From: a virus
Reading direction: 5' to 3' (one strand)
Length of the DNA stretch: 64,000 nt
Virus record (IMG/VR): IMGVR_UViG_3300027969_000052
Location: 32,001 to 96,000 of that record
Below, piece by piece: positions 8,378 through 19,000 of this stretch (the stretch's first letter is position 1; each line of letters opens with the position of its first letter). Below the pieces are notes generated by a model that searched no databases, was not told where the DNA came from, and worked only from the letters and a program-made list of their open reading frames with translations. The translations under genes and the position numbers were made by a program.

Positions 8378-10069
8378 TTTCTTTCGAACTACTAAAAGAT
8401 AAAAACCGTTCCACCAAGCATTAATATCTTCTTGATCGTTTAATACTACTTTAGAATATAGCACATCGACATTAATTGCACGTATAGCTTCGTCTACTCC
8501 CTGAACTACACCTTCCCAATTAGCGTCATCAACTAAGATAACTGCTTCGTTAGATAAGCACGGTGCATAGTATTTTAAGGCTTTTATTGTAGATCCAATG
8601 TCGTGTGGGCCATCATAGAATAAAAAATCAACATCAGTAATTTCTTCTCTGTTTACCATTAGCATATCGCTTTCGTAAACAATGACTTTATTTTCGCCTT
8701 TGTATCGTTTGACATTGGTAATAAAATCTTCTTTCTTATTTTCCGGCATTACGAACAATTCGTTTGCTGGTTGGAAAGTGTCTTCCCAAGTGTCGACACA
8801 TATTACTTCTAACTTATTATTTTTTAAGGCCGCACATGCTGTTGCTCCTAACGCACTTCCGATTTCTAAATAACGTGTGGAATTGCTTGCAAGTTTATTA
8901 ATTAAACTTTCCATTTTCCAACTTGTTAATCCAATAACATCAATGTCAATATTATTCATTGCACTATGCAATACTGCATCGACTGCATGTTGTACCTTAG
9001 GACTTATCTTTTCTTGTTGTTTCTTACTAACAATTTTATCGCAATACTGACATTCCCAACATTCAAACTTACAGTTCTTAATTTTTTCGCGCCAAATATT
9101 AATTGGTTTTTCTATTAGGTTAGTATCCTCAATAAATTCTTCAAAGCCGTCTGCAAGAATTTCTTCACCTGCAACATATTTGCGAACAATGTCAAGTGTT
9201 TCATTAAATCGGTTTATGCTTTCTCTACCATGCATTTTAAAAACATCAACACCCAAATCAAAGAATTCTTCCCAGTCTGCTCTCCACGGCGGTAAATTAG
9301 CGGTCTTTAAAGGTACCGCAGGATCTTCATGATCCCACTTAGGACAGCTGACTCTGCTAATAGCGTCTGCAAAATACTGTGGTCGATTTTGGTCTCTGGT
9401 ATTATTAAATTCATAATGTTCGTCCATCATTGGGCAAGCCCCTAAACATCCTTCATTTGCTAATAAACTAATAGTAACATCTTTGTTCATTGTTTCTTTA
9501 ACAAACTGTTTGGCTTTTTTTAATCTTAATAATGCATCTCTATCTCGCATTAAATCTCTATCAACACAGATATAATCAAACCCTGCTTTAGCGTAAGCAA
9601 CAAACTCTGCACCTGTTGTTACATTTCTTAAGATCGTATTTTTTACATATAGGTCTGGATACCTATTTTTAATTTGTCCAGTTGCCATCCAGTGTATGTG
9701 CGGAATAATTACAGATCGAATACCTGCGTCATATAATGGTTGAAAGGACTCTAACCATATTTCTAGATATTGTTGGGTTGGGGGTACTTCAATATTATTG
9801 AATGTTGCACACGCAGTTATACCAGTTTCTTGCTGGATATGCAATGCGGCTTCGATAGCCGAAATAGCATCTTGTTGTGTTACAAGCACGTCGCCCATTG
9901 CATCTTGTGCAAAAGGAGGAATCCTTGATGTAAAATATACATCAAAAATCCACTCCTTATATTGTTTACAAAACTCTAAAAAATTATAGAACTGTTGTTC
10001 CGTTAATTTTGGGTTGACCGGCAAGCTGAATATTTTCTGCGTCTTTGACAATGTCTGGTAATCTTTCAT
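8369..10069 (-). CDS. Peptidase-U32-family domain fused to a class I SAM-dependent methyltransferase
   Basis: DRDLMRD, LANEGCLGACP, FKMHGRE (KIEGR-like), CKFECWECQYC; C-terminal YLEIGSALG, FYDGPH, LVDDANW. Confidence 0.75.
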   Translation of the reverse strand: MKDYQTLSKTQKIFSLPVNPKLTEQQFYNFLEFCKQYKEWIFDVYFTSRIPPFAQDAMGDVLVTQQDAISAIEAALHIQQETGITACATFNNIEVPPTQQYLEIWLESFQPLYDAGIRSVIIPHIHWMATGQIKNRYPDLYVKNTILRNVTTGAEFVAYAKAGFDYICVDRDLMRDRDALLRLKKAKQFVKETMNKDVTISLLANEGCLGACPMMDEHYEFNNTRDQNRPQYFADAISRVSCPKWDHEDPAVPLKTANLPPWRADWEEFFDLGVDVFKMHGRESINRFNETLDIVRKYVAGEEILADGFEEFIEDTNLIEKPINIWREKIKNCKFECWECQYCDKIVSKKQQEKISPKVQHAVDAVLHSAMNNIDIDVIGLTSWKMESLINKLASNSTRYLEIGSALGATACAALKNNKLEVICVDTWEDTFQPANELFVMPENKKEDFITNVKRYKGENKVIVYESDMLMVNREEITDVDFLFYDGPHDIGSTIKALKYYAPCLSNEAVILVDDANWEGVVQGVDEAIRAINVDVLYSKVVLNDQEDINAWWNGFYLLVVRKKLT

Positions 10070-10817
10070 CTTTACTCTCTAGCATTTTATCAATCTGGCC
10101 TTGTACGCCCAGTGATATATTATGTATGCCTGCTTGCACCATGCCACTGTATTTCATGGCTAATGATAGCGTTTCGAGCTGATCTTCTTCCGGCATCATT
10201 GAGATGCTTTCCATATTACCAGAACCTACACGACCGTAAGAAATAACATCAATTGCGGCTTGTTTGCCCATACGTGCAATCCAGTACTTGCGTTCTTCGT
10301 CTGGGTTATCCTCAGCATAGTAACGTAAATCTTCTTCAGTTTTAGCAAAATGCTTAACTACATCTAAGAATGCGTTAATTTCGCGTTCGGCTTGAATTAG
10401 TTTGCGTTTATAAATTGTAAGATCGTATTCGTTTTTATCAATGTCTACTTGTAACATTTCTTTTGCGATCTCATCAGTTGCTTCTGCTTGGTCGCGCAAC
10501 CATTTTTTCTTAATTAATTCAGCCTTACGGAGGCTAGTTTTAATTTCTTGATAAGCGTGATAACGAACCTCAAGTTCCATATATGCTTGACGTACTTGGC
10601 GCCATGGAGTTACTTGGCTTCGAGCAACGAAGTTTGCGCATTGGTAAGCAGTCATTCCCATATTGGAATGAATAGCATAATGCATGATTTCTTTTTCAAA
10701 ATCTTCTAGATCATATCGATCTAAAAAGTCTTCGTCTACTCGCTTTGCCCTAGGTTCAGGATGTTTTGAATTAAGTGTATCTTGTATTAATGTTGATTTG
10801 TTAGAATTGGAATCCAT
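9984..10817 (-). CDS. Coiled-coil hypothetical protein of the fibre-associated cassette
   Basis: 277 aa, helical and charged; overlaps both neighbours. Confidence 0.7.
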   Translation of the reverse strand: MDSNSNKSTLIQDTLNSKHPEPRAKRVDEDFLDRYDLEDFEKEIMHYAIHSNMGMTAYQCANFVARSQVTPWRQVRQAYMELEVRYHAYQEIKTSLRKAELIKKKWLRDQAEATDEIAKEMLQVDIDKNEYDLTIYKRKLIQAEREINAFLDVVKHFAKTEEDLRYYAEDNPDEERKYWIARMGKQAAIDVISYGRVGSGNMESISMMPEEDQLETLSLAMKYSGMVQAGIHNISLGVQGQIDKMLESKDERLPDIVKDAENIQLAGQPKINGTTVL

Positions 10818-11736
10818 GTGGCACCTCAGTTGTTCTAATGTTACTATCGGGGCCTTCCGTTAGTCCCATTGACTTTGCCTGATTAATCGGTATAGGAAGA
10901 CCAAAATACTGCTCGTATTTAATGTTCATATCCCATACAGTGGTGCATGATTTGAAATCCTTAACTATCTTCTGTTCTTGTACTAATAGATCAGAAAGTG
11001 CGTCTTGATATACTTCGGCTTTTTCTAAAATTCTATTAGCTAGTTCTGTTTTATCTTTACCGTGCTCGACAGCTAGATAATCTAAAAACGGAGTGCGTGA
11101 TCCATTTTGACCTTGTTTGTCTAGCCACTCTCTAGCCTCGTGTTTTTGTGTTTCCCAGCTCACAGCTTCGCATGTGCCACCTGGACGCATACGCAAGAAA
11201 CGACGTTCAAATTCATCTTGTACTGCTTCTCTAGCAAATATAAACATAAATTCAGCTACTTGGGAAACAATATTATCTGTTAGTTCTACTTCGCGTTTGA
11301 TATAGTTAGGAGCATCAGGATTGATTGTCGCTTCAGTGTTTGGAATCCAAATCTTTGCCGCGGCACGATAGTCGCCAAAAAACTGACGGCCATTGAGTGC
11401 AAGTTCTTCTGTTATAAGAGTAACTTTCTCTCCTTGCCAATATGGGCTCAAAGTTTCGTATAAGTGTTCGCTCATGCAAACACAAGTAACTCCTAGCAAT
11501 TGATATAATTCTTGGCACCATAATGCAGGATCGCCAGTAGAAGTATCATACCATTTTGGATCTATAGTATTACAACCTACAATCATAAAAACTTTACCAG
11601 CTTTTACAAAGGGGTTAGCTGGTGTTTCTGGGCCTTGGTATAATGCGGGAGGTAAAGCCTCGACGTTTGGAGCAATCGAAACGTCCCAAAAGTCTACTGA
11701 ATAGTTACCGCTCTGAGATTGCTGTTCTTCTGCCAT
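10801..11736 (-). CDS. Putative fibre assembly/chaperone-like protein
   Basis: C-terminal E..SW..Q..EA..W...TPFL..LA...G.....LA..IL.KA pattern resembles phage tail-fibre-assembly-associated proteins; lies directly after a fibre-tip-like gene. Confidence 0.5.
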   Translation of the reverse strand: MAEEQQSQSGNYSVDFWDVSIAPNVEALPPALYQGPETPANPFVKAGKVFMIVGCNTIDPKWYDTSTGDPALWCQELYQLLGVTCVCMSEHLYETLSPYWQGEKVTLITEELALNGRQFFGDYRAAAKIWIPNTEATINPDAPNYIKREVELTDNIVSQVAEFMFIFAREAVQDEFERRFLRMRPGGTCEAVSWETQKHEAREWLDKQGQNGSRTPFLDYLAVEHGKDKTELANRILEKAEVYQDALSDLLVQEQKIVKDFKSCTTVWDMNIKYEQYFGLPIPINQAKSMGLTEGPDSNIRTTEVPHGFQF

Positions 11737-11737
11737 A

Positions 11738-12859
11738 TTATACTCCTGGTCGTCCTGATGATGCTACTGTTGCGGCCGCGCTCATTGCTACGCCCGAGCT
11801 TGCTCCGTAGTGACCTTTGTTACGTGTCGTCGGTCCCATGCGTGTTTGTGCATCGTTATTATAAGTTGTTTTATCGCACATATTATTTTGCTGGCCGTCA
11901 TATTGACCGGTCATATATCCCCAGTCTTGCCCCGCCATCATAACGTCTTCGCCGTATGCAGAAAGTTGGCTAAAATAACTTTGAGCGTTACCGCTTGTGT
12001 CATTGAAACGTACACGACCTTGCTGTACGTTGTTACCTGTTCCAATATAATGCCAACCATACTTAGTTGTTAGACATTTCATAAATCCGTCTGGAGTAAC
12101 ACCAATTGGGCCGCCAAACCAACTGTCATTTGAGTGGTACATACCGCTCTGACCGCCGTTAATAGACCACCAACTAATGTCTTGGCCTGCACCACCAGTA
12201 CAGTTACCACCACCTCGGTTATTACCGTTTGTAGTGTACATAATTTCTGTAGCAAAGTGCATCTTTTCTGTGCCTTGTGGGCCACCGGCTGTTGCATATC
12301 CATATTGGTAATTGGCCGCGCTTGACGCTCCGAATACACGACGACCGGAAGACATGTCCCAACCGCCGACTGTGCCGTATCCCATAACGTCACGAGGATT
12401 ATCACCGTTGTAGCCAAATGAGTACGGACTGAATGTTCCGCCGCCCCATGTACGACTAATACCTGTATATAAGTTAAAGCTAGATGTATGGTTCGATGTG
12501 CCGCCAAAGCCGTTGTTCATACCTAGAGCATAACCGTTGTAATCTGAATAAAATCCGTCCATGTAGTCGCCAGCGCGATCTACTTGTTCACCACAATAAT
12601 ATGTTATTTCAGAAAGCATCCATGTTTTATTCAACGCTCTCCAAGAATTACTGCCCTTGTAGCCAGCGCAACTAAATCCGTGAGTAATAATGCTACGATA
12701 TCGATATCCAGCTACTGGATTGCCGCCTGGGAATCCTGGATAACTCCAGTACGCTTGTGTTCCGTCAGTTACTAAGGTAGCGCCCCTAGATTGCGAATCA
12801 GCGGAAGGTAAGGGATATATTCCGGGGATTACGTTTGTGTTACCAATGTATAAAGGCAT
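11738..12859 (-). CDS. Gly/Asn/aromatic-rich putative virion adhesin or beta-propeller-like protein
   Basis: Repeated GY/GF-x-x-G(G) blades; N-terminal LVTDGTQAYW fibre-attachment-like motif. Confidence 0.5.
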   Translation of the reverse strand: MPLYIGNTNVIPGIYPLPSADSQSRGATLVTDGTQAYWSYPGFPGGNPVAGYRYRSIITHGFSCAGYKGSNSWRALNKTWMLSEITYYCGEQVDRAGDYMDGFYSDYNGYALGMNNGFGGTSNHTSSFNLYTGISRTWGGGTFSPYSFGYNGDNPRDVMGYGTVGGWDMSSGRRVFGASSAANYQYGYATAGGPQGTEKMHFATEIMYTTNGNNRGGGNCTGGAGQDISWWSINGGQSGMYHSNDSWFGGPIGVTPDGFMKCLTTKYGWHYIGTGNNVQQGRVRFNDTSGNAQSYFSQLSAYGEDVMMAGQDWGYMTGQYDGQQNNMCDKTTYNNDAQTRMGPTTRNKGHYGASSGVAMSAAATVASSGRPGV

Positions 12860-12885
12860 GTTATTAGCTTCCTATATTTGTTATA

Positions 12886-12891
12886 TATTTA
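12886..12891 (-). promoter_or_regulatory. TAAATA late promoter heading the 12859-8369 cassette
   Basis: Overlaps the upstream stop codon; AGGAAG SD-like sequence follows. Confidence 0.55.
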
Positions 12892-15390
12892 TGGCGTCAA
12901 CGCCTTAATTTGCGATTTTAGCTCTTCTATTTGAGCTTGCTGTTCTTTCATAGCTTCTACTAGCAAGGGCACTAGACGCTCATAGTCGACACCTAGATAG
13001 TTTTTGCCAGATTTTGACTGCTCATTTTCGTCTAAATCAAAACTTGCAGGAGTAACTGCTACTGGGTAAACAGCGTTTACTTGTTGTGCAGAAAGACCAC
13101 CTTTAACTTGACCTGCTTTGTAGCCTAATGCAACTGCTGTTTCGTTAGGAGTATAGTAGAAACCTTCTAATTGTAGCACTTTTTCAAGCGCATTTTCAAT
13201 TTTTCCTATACGATTCTTGAGTCTTTCGTCTGAATAGTTGGTGTAAAGGTCGCCTGTAACAAATAGTGTGCCGTTGACCTGCATGTTGTTACCGTTTGTT
13301 TGGAAGTTATTATTACCTGCACGGTAAATGTAAAGTTCGCCTGTTGCGTTTCCACGAATATATGTTCCGCCGGCGTAGCTATAACTACCAAAGAACAAAG
13401 AACCACCGGTTGTTATATTAATATCACCAGATCCGCCAACTACTAGGCAGGGATTGTTACCATTAGAAACACCGTTTGAAATTGCTAATGCACCGCCCGA
13501 ATTTGATGGTCCAGTAATAGTATGTATTGAGCCGCCGTTAGTTACTTGTAAGAATGTAGCACCAAGTGTTGTGAAGTTTCCTGTAGCCGCTGTTGTAGCA
13601 CCTACAGTACCATTGTGTGGTCCGCTAAATGCACTACTTAAAATACCCGTGCTTGGGTTGAATGTAATCTTACTTGAAGCAACATACATCGTAGTAATTG
13701 CACCACTTACAGAACTAGTAAATGTTATGTATCTTGCCGCATTAGTTGTTGTGTCGTCAGTAACACTCACACCAGCCTGCGCCCACTGCACACCAGTACC
13801 TGTAGTTTGTAAGAAATATCCGTTAGTACCTGCAGAAGCTCCTGCATATAGAGCGCCGCCCAAATATAAACCTGATGCAATACTTACACCGCCGTCTACT
13901 CTTAAAGCACCGGTACCTAAAGTTGCACTTGCGGCTGTTGTTGAATAAATTCTAGCATCGCCGCTGGTACCGTTAAAGTCAATACGAACGTTTGCCGCAC
14001 CGTCTGATAAAATAATACGACCGTTTTCAACACCAGAGCCCGTTGCACTACCAATAATAGTAACGTTATTTTGTGCGCCCAATGCATTACCCGAGTTATA
14101 ACCAATTGTTACGTTTTGACTACCACCAACTAACTGGTTGCCGGCATTATATCCAACTGCGGTGTTACTTGCGCCGCCTGCTAAGTTTCCTAGTGTCTGA
14201 TAACCAATTGCTGTATTTTGGTTAAATGCGCCGTTGCCTAAGCCCAGTGATCGATAACCAATAGCAACGTTGTTGATCATACTAGCGTTATTGCTGGTAT
14301 ACATTGCTTGGTAGCCGATGGCTACGTTGTTACCTCCTGTGGCTGTTTGAGCTAATAGTGCTTGATATCCGATAGCAGTATTATTGGCCGCACTAGTAAG
14401 TGCATTACCTGATTGGAAACCAATTAATAAATTACCGCCACCTGTTAATAAATTTGCGCCTGCCGCGTTACCAATAACAGTATTTGATGAAATGCTACCT
14501 GCTCCCCGTCCAACCCTAATGCTATTATGATATGCATCACCGTTAGTAACAAGGCCACCACCTGCTGAAATACCACCGTATGTAATTATCGCACCTGTAC
14601 CTGTCGATCCAACACCTGATGTTACTGTAATATCTGTAGATAGGGGAACTGTAGCGCCAGTTGCGCTTAGGCTTAAACTTTGAATTTGGGTAGCAATAGC
14701 ATTTGCTGATTGACTAGCTGACGAAATTAAGAAATTTAATTGTCCAGTACCTAATTGAATTTGTCCATGGTGTCCAGTTCCCGATACGTAAGTAGTACCT
14801 ACGTTATTGTAACTGTTTAGACCGACGCCTAACGGATATGTACTAGTACCAACTTGTAAAGCAATGCTCGAACTGTCTGCTACATCATAAAAATATCCAG
14901 CGACGTTTGTAGTAGTTGAAACTGTAATGCCGTATGTAGATCCTGCTCCGCCAACGCCTAAGTTTGCGTTCATAGCAAACGATCCACCAATGTTTAAGTT
15001 TCCTGAAACACCGACTCCACCTAATACTTGTAGGGCACCAGTAGTTGTATTTGAACTTGCTGTGTTGTTGCCTAAATAAACAACTCCCTGATATTTGGCA
15101 ATATTAACTGTGCCGGCGTCTGTAATCTGTAGACTAGGAATACCGCTCTTATCAGTTACAGAATAAATGTTACCAGTTACAGAGTTGACAATCGCTTTAA
15201 TTTGACCGGTTGATCCCTCAAACGATATACTTCCGTCATCAAGTACGCGAATAAAAGTAGACGCAGATGTAGAGGTTCCTACAAGACCGTTTGTAGGATT
15301 AGCGCCAGTAAATCTAATTGTGGCTTCTGTGCTTCCAGCACCCAGCGGGCCCGAAGGTGTTATAACTATATTACGATCTGTTAACGGCAT
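12889..15390 (-). CDS. Tail fibre/spike with C-terminal S74 intramolecular chaperone
   Basis: NTAIGYQAL-type beta-roll repeats; YSDERLK...VDYERLVPLLVEAMKEQQAQIEELK. Confidence 0.85.
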   Translation of the reverse strand: MPLTDRNIVITPSGPLGAGSTEATIRFTGANPTNGLVGTSTSASTFIRVLDDGSISFEGSTGQIKAIVNSVTGNIYSVTDKSGIPSLQITDAGTVNIAKYQGVVYLGNNTASSNTTTGALQVLGGVGVSGNLNIGGSFAMNANLGVGGAGSTYGITVSTTTNVAGYFYDVADSSSIALQVGTSTYPLGVGLNSYNNVGTTYVSGTGHHGQIQLGTGQLNFLISSASQSANAIATQIQSLSLSATGATVPLSTDITVTSGVGSTGTGAIITYGGISAGGGLVTNGDAYHNSIRVGRGAGSISSNTVIGNAAGANLLTGGGNLLIGFQSGNALTSAANNTAIGYQALLAQTATGGNNVAIGYQAMYTSNNASMINNVAIGYRSLGLGNGAFNQNTAIGYQTLGNLAGGASNTAVGYNAGNQLVGGSQNVTIGYNSGNALGAQNNVTIIGSATGSGVENGRIILSDGAANVRIDFNGTSGDARIYSTTAASATLGTGALRVDGGVSIASGLYLGGALYAGASAGTNGYFLQTTGTGVQWAQAGVSVTDDTTTNAARYITFTSSVSGAITTMYVASSKITFNPSTGILSSAFSGPHNGTVGATTAATGNFTTLGATFLQVTNGGSIHTITGPSNSGGALAISNGVSNGNNPCLVVGGSGDINITTGGSLFFGSYSYAGGTYIRGNATGELYIYRAGNNNFQTNGNNMQVNGTLFVTGDLYTNYSDERLKNRIGKIENALEKVLQLEGFYYTPNETAVALGYKAGQVKGGLSAQQVNAVYPVAVTPASFDLDENEQSKSGKNYLGVDYERLVPLLVEAMKEQQAQIEELKSQIKALTP

Positions 15391-15411
15391 CTCTTATTTC
15401 CATTATTTTAA

Positions 15412-15419
15412 TATTTATA
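15412..15419 (-). promoter_or_regulatory. Full T4-type late promoter TATAAATA
   Basis: Exact octamer 21 nt upstream of ATG 15390. Confidence 0.7.
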
Positions 15420-16068
15420 GTCCAAAACTTGTTTTAAATGCATTAAACGTTTGACGAATTTCGTTGTCAGACAGTTGTCTAGTATAAAACATTGTAGGAC
15501 CAATGCTTCCTTGCATAGCACCAGAATGTAGTCCTATTTGCATGTTTGCACTATTGCTGGCGGTGCCAGCTACAGTATTATAGTTGTCTAAGATACCATT
15601 GTAGTAAATTCTACTAGTACCCGAGCCGCCTGCAGAACCTGTTCCGCTGAAGCTTCCTGCGACCATAAACCAAGAGCTCAATGGCATTGTTGTGTTACTG
15701 TTTAAGTCGCCGCCCGAACCGTAAGTTCTCCAGCGCATTTGGTTTGCACCACCCATGTAAAAGTTTATTTCGTTTAGGCCCGAAGTATAGCTAAATGTTC
15801 CGCCAACTCTTGATGTAAGATTTAACCATTGTATAACTGTAAATCCTGAACTTAGGCTATAAGAATATGCAGAGTTAGACTGTACTACGCCAGCCGCGTT
15901 ATTAAACCACACACCGCCGGAGTATGTAATAGAGCTTACTGTTAATCCTAAATTATCGATTTGATTTGTTGCGGCCGCGCCTGCACCACTGTAACATTTA
16001 ACATTTCGTGGGTCGGCCATAAATGTAAGACCCGATAATGGGATATATGTTCCGTCTATGATTGCCAT
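15415..16068 (-). CDS. LamG/concanavalin-A-like lectin domain virion protein
   Basis: FTVIQW, WFMVAG, RIYYNG, FYTRQLSDNEI pattern. Confidence 0.75.
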   Translation of the reverse strand: MAIIDGTYIPLSGLTFMADPRNVKCYSGAGAAATNQIDNLGLTVSSITYSGGVWFNNAAGVVQSNSAYSYSLSSGFTVIQWLNLTSRVGGTFSYTSGLNEINFYMGGANQMRWRTYGSGGDLNSNTTMPLSSWFMVAGSFSGTGSAGGSGTSRIYYNGILDNYNTVAGTASNSANMQIGLHSGAMQGSIGPTMFYTRQLSDNEIRQTFNAFKTSFGL

Positions 16069-19000
16069 TATTTCTTATACTCCACTTTAAGTTTATCTAT
16101 ATCTTTACGTTCTGCCCAAACTACATAGAAGCAGTTTACAGATTTGTTAATCATATTGTCATTTCCAACTACGATTGTTTTTGCTGTAACTGTTTCAACA
16201 TACAGTTTCTGATGTTTACCAATTGGTGTTAGATCCACAGTCATAGTAGACTCATCAATTAAATCTTTCCAATAGTCTGGCAATTCAATTACTGAACTAT
16301 TTGTTAATCGACCGCGTACATAAACACCATTTTCTGGACCTTCTAAAGATCCGTATTGTAGTTTATGACCAGCTTTGCTTGGATGATCGATTAAGAAGCT
16401 CTTGGCTGTAGCAACTAATGTGCCGCCAACATATACGTTACCACCAACTCCAATGCCACCATTAATGATTTGTAGGGCACCTGTTGTTGTGCTAGTCGAG
16501 TTTGTGGCATTGTTAATGACTAAACTATTAACTGTTGTGCCACCAAACTGCGACATCAATGTTGCTTGTGTAGTTACAGTACTGCCTGCTACTGTTGCTG
16601 TGTTAGCAACATATAAACTACCACCAGCATATATATTTGATGCAGGAGTTGATGCACTACCAGCTGTAGCTACATACGCACCTGAATAGTAACCTGGCTC
16701 TGCTTGTGAACCAAATACATACAATCCATTACCTGCTGTTCCAGTGTAGGCACTCAAAGTACCGCTGATAGCTGTATCATTTCCTAGTGCCGCATAAACG
16801 CCAACGGCTGTTGCACTTGCACTTGAAGGAGCCCAAACTGTAACAGAACAACGATACCATCCGCTACTTGCACCGTATGGTAATGTTTCTATACGACTTG
16901 TTGTAGGATATAGACCTGATACTGTGTTACCTGCCGCGCCAGTTGACAAGTTAAACCATGCCGCATGTGCTTGTCCGCCAACAGTAATATTTAAAATACC
17001 AAATGTTCTTTCTGCGGCTTTTAAATATGCGCTGTATGTTACTGGGCCAGTTTGACTAATTGTCTGCTGGAAGTAGTGTCCGCCAGTAGCACCTGTTTCA
17101 ATTAATTTTGTTCCATTCAATGTACCGTCTGGGCTAGTTGTTGAACCAGCTTGGAACGTTGAATTAAATTTACTCCAGTTCGCTTGACTGTAATCTGAAC
17201 TTTGAACTAATAAGTTGCCACCCTGTGAGTACACACCATTAGCAACAGATGCACCAGATGCTTCGGTATTGCCGCCGACTTGTATGTTTGCAGAGCTATC
17301 AATAAATGTACGGTTAACAACTATTGGTCCACCAACAAACATATCTTTACCGATACCAGCACCACCAACAACAGTCAGCGCACCAGTAATAGTTGACAAG
17401 CTAACTGTACCTGTGTATACGTTAATGAACTCGGTCGATGTGCTTGATCCACCACTGCCACCACTGCCACCAGTGCCGACTAATGCACCGTTAGCGTAAA
17501 TGTTGCGAGCATAGATATCGCCTTGGACGCCTAAGCCGCCTGTAATTCTTACAGCACCAGTTAGTGTACTTGTTGCAGAAGTTGCATTTGTAAATTGTAC
17601 AGCACCTGCCGCAGTCATTGACTGTAGTTGTGTGTCACCTAAGAGTGTTGTTATACCGCCAACAACTAGTCCGTTACCAATTGCCGCTCCACCACGTACT
17701 TGTAGAGCACCGGTTGCTGTGTTAGTAGCATTGATTGTTGATAGTTCAACTAATTCCCCAGTATCTAAAACTTGTACTCTTACAGTATTAGCTGTTTCAA
17801 TATCAAAAGAAGTTGTTGAAGTATTTCTTCGAATTCTTGCATTGCCGCCAAAGTTAGCATAGTTGCCGGCTGATAAATCAACAGTCCCGCCGATTGTAGC
17901 AGTAGTTCCTACGTTAATGTATCCACCAACCCAAGCATTGCCACCGACACCAAGACCACCGTTTGTAATCTTTAATGCCGCAGTAGTTGTGCTAGTTGCT
18001 TGTGTGGCATTGGCAATAGTTCCAATACCGCTGATTGTTGTAAGTGATCCAGCAAGGGTTGTGTTACCGCCAACATAAAGTTGTTTAGTAATACCAACAC
18101 CGCCTAGTGTGTAGAGCGCACCCGAACCTGTTGATCCGCTATCAGTTTGATTTCTGATAAACAACGGATTGTTAATTGTGCCGCCGTCAAACGCACCGGT
18201 AAACGAACCAACGTTTTGTGTTGTAACTACCTGATAACCGTTAATCCATGCGCTGTTATCTAACCATAAACTAGCCGCACCGATACCGCCAGTAACAACA
18301 AGTGCATTACCTGATTTGCTTGATGTACTTGCAATAGCAGAAGCATGGTACGCCGCACCAGTTGAAGTAAATATTCCTCCAACATATACGTCGCCACCAA
18401 TACCAACGCCACCGTCTACACGCAATGCACCACTTTGTGTGCTTAATGATTGTGTAGCTGTTGAAATGTAGAATTGACTTCCATTTAGTCTTGCTACTTC
18501 AAACGAACTTTGCTGACCAAATAATATTGCCTGACCGAATGTAATTACTGCATCACCCTGTGCCGCTGTGGGTAAGAAGTTAGCCGATGCGGCTGAAGCG
18601 CCAATTCGTAAATCTGCAGAGCTACCAGTTGCCGTTCTAGTAATTTGTACGTTTGTATATTGGTTTACGTTGTTTGATAAGAAAATGTTATCATCGTTAC
18701 CAACTTGTACACGTAATTTTCCACGAACATCTAGTTTTGCTAACGGAGCACCTGCTACACCGATACCCCAGTCGCCGCCACTTGCACCACTACTTACTAC
18801 TCCGCGCAGTGTTTGACTTGTACCGTTGCTTGTATAAAAACCTAAGTAACCATTTAGACCCTGGACTGCTCCGACTGCCGCGCCGCCTGTGGCTAATGCT
18901 TGCGTTCCGTTCATAAACGCAATACCAGAAACTCCAGTTCCTAATAAATCTCGGCCGATCTGCCAACGTGGGCTACTTTCTGTAGTAGCTATCTCATAGA

